Shown: positions 61,801 to 64,000 of the stretch, piece after piece
Layout: the number at the start of each line of letters is the position of its first letter
Position numbering within the stretch: the first letter of the stretch is position 1
Origin: the human T2T-CHM13v2.0 reference genome, Homo sapiens
DNA: 64,000 nt
Direction: 5' to 3' (one strand)
NCBI RefSeq assembly: GCF_009914755.1
Contig: NC_060936.1
Program-made: the position numbers and the translations under genes
The notes under the pieces: model-generated
What the model was told of the DNA's origin: nothing
What the model saw: the letters and a program-made list of their open reading frames with translations, nothing else
Database searches by the model: none

Positions 61801-64000
61801 GAAATTAAAACAGAAATAAATAAGTTATTTGAAACCAATGAGAACAAAGACACAACGTACCAGAATCTCTGGGACACAGCTAAAGCAGTGTTTAAGGGGA
61901 AATTTACAGCAATAAATGCCCACAGGAGAAAAGTGGAAGAATCTAAATTTGGCACACTAACATCACAATTAAAAGAATAAGAGAAGCAAGAGAAAACAAA
62001 TTCAAAAGCTAGAAGAAGACAAGAAATAACTAAGATCAGAACAGAACTGAAGGAGATAGAGACACAAAAAACCCTTCAAAAAATCAATGAATCCAGGAGC
62101 TGGTTTTTTAAAAAGATCAACAAAACAGATAGACTGCTAGCTAGACTAATAAAGAAGAAAAGAGAAAAGAATCAAACAGACAACATAAAAATTGATAAAG
62201 AGGATATCACCACTGATTGCACAGAAATACAAACTACCATCAGAGAATACTATAAACACCTCTATGCAAATAAACTAGAAAATCTAGAAGAAATGGATAC
62301 ATTCCTAGACACATAGACACCCTCAGGAAGAAGTTGAATCCCTGAATAGACCAATAACAAGTTCTGAAATTGAGGAAGTATTTAATAGCCTACCAACCAG
62401 AAAAAGTCCAGGACCAGATGATTCACAGCCGAATTCTACCAGAGGTACAAAGAGGAGCTGGTACCATTCCTTCCGAAACTATTCCAAACATTAGAAAAAT
62501 GGGACTCCTCCTTATCTCATTTCATGAGGCCAGCATCATCCTGATACTAAAACCTGGCAGCAACACAATAAAAAAAAAAATTTTAGGCCAAAATCCTTGA
62601 TGAACATCAATGCGAAAATCCTCAATAAAATACTGGCAAACCGAATTCAGCAGCACATCAAAAAGTTTATCCACCACGATCAAGTCGACTTCATCCCTGG
62701 GATGCAAGGCTGGTTCAAAATATACACAAATCAATAAATGTAATCCAGCATATAAACAGAACCAAAGACAAAAACCACATGATTATCTCAATAGATGTAG
62801 AAAGGGCCTTTGATAAAATTCAACACCCCTTCATGCTAAAAACTCTCAATAAACTAGACATTGATGGAATGTATCTCAAAATAATAAGAGCTATTTATGA
62901 CAAACCCACATCCAATATCATACTGAATGGGCAAAAACTGGAAACATTCCTTTTGAAAACTGCAACAAGACAAGGATGCCCTCACTCACCACTCCTATTC
63001 AACATAGTATTGGAAGTTCTGGCCAGGGCAATCAGGCAAGAGAAAGAAAGAAAGATATTTAAATAGGAAGATAGGAAGTCAAATTGTCTCTGATTGCAGA
63101 TGACATGACTGTATATTTAGAAAACCCCATCGTCTCCGCCGAAAATCTCCTTAAGCTGATAAGCAACTTAATCAAAGTCTCAGGATGCAAAATCAATGTG
63201 CAAAAATTACAAGTATTCCTATACACCAATCATAGGCAGAGAGCCAAATCATGAGTGAACTCCCATTCACAGTTGCTAAAAAGAGAATAAAATACCTAGG
63301 AATGCAACTTACAAGGGATGTGAAGGACCTCTTCAAGGAGAACTACAAACCACTGCTCGAGGAAATAAGAGAGGACACAAACAAATGTAAAAAGATTCCA
63401 TGCTCATTTATAGGAAGAATCAATATCATGAAAATGCCCATATGACCAAAGTCATTTATAGATTCAATGCTACTCCCATCAAGCTGCCATTGACTTTCTT
63501 CATAGAATTAAAAAAAAACTACTTTAAATTTTATACGGAACCAAAAAAGAGCCCGTATAGCCAAGACAATTCTAAGCAAAAAGAACAAAGCTGGAGGCAT
63601 CATGCTACCTAACTTTAAACTATACTACAAGGCTACAGTAACAAAAACAACATGAGACTGGTACAGAAACAGAGATATAGACCAATAGAACAGAACAGAG
63701 GCCTCAGAAATAGCACCACACATCTACAACCATCTGATCTTTGACAAACCTGACAAAAACAAGAAACAGGGAATGGATTCTCTATGTAATAAATGCTGCT
63801 GGGAAAACTGGCTAGCCATATGTAGAAAGCTGAAACTGGATCCCTTCCTTACACCTTGTACAAAAATTAACTCAAGATGGATTAAAGATTTAAATGTTAG
63901 ACCTAAAACCATAAAAACTCTAGAAGAAAACCTAGGCAATACCATTCAGCTCATAGGCATGGGCAAGGACTTCATGTCTAAAACACCAAAAGAAATGGCA
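58884..64000 (+). mobile_element. Long L1PA (L1PA7/8-like) from the 5' UTR through ORF2, running off the window; inactivated
   Basis: 5' end GGCAAGGTGGCCAAATAGGAACAGCTC. ORF1 has its ATG mutated and contains stops. ORF2 starts at 61009, is open for 323 aa, then has stops and frameshifts. Confidence 0.95.

Overview
This is primate, almost certainly human, genomic DNA containing the whole AVPR1A (vasopressin V1a receptor) gene on the minus strand. The CDS has two exons, 13486-12517 and 10297-10011 (1257 nt, 418 aa), separated by a 2219-nt intron. Around it lie a CpG-island promoter and the known polymorphic repeats: intronic AVR, RS1 (GATA)n, and RS3 plus a (GT)26 tract inside the DupB/DupA tandem duplication. 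The rest of the window shows no other gene and is packed with transposable elements: several L1PA/L1M copies, two near-complete THE1 elements, solo ERV1/MaLR LTRs, Alus, MIR, L2 and MER5. I found no convincing new multi-gene system. The observations most worth checking are: (1) a tail-less, 3'-truncated 2.9-kb L1 with a perfect 16-bp target-site duplication (TSD) whose promoter points toward AVPR1A; (2) a cryptic splice donor made by the intronic microsatellite that would give a 6-TM receptor; (3) a 37-bp AT-rich minisatellite with a hairpin in each unit; (4) two twin-primed L1s carrying extra deletions. Repeat family names come from motif recall, not a database search, and should be confirmed with RepeatMasker/Dfam.
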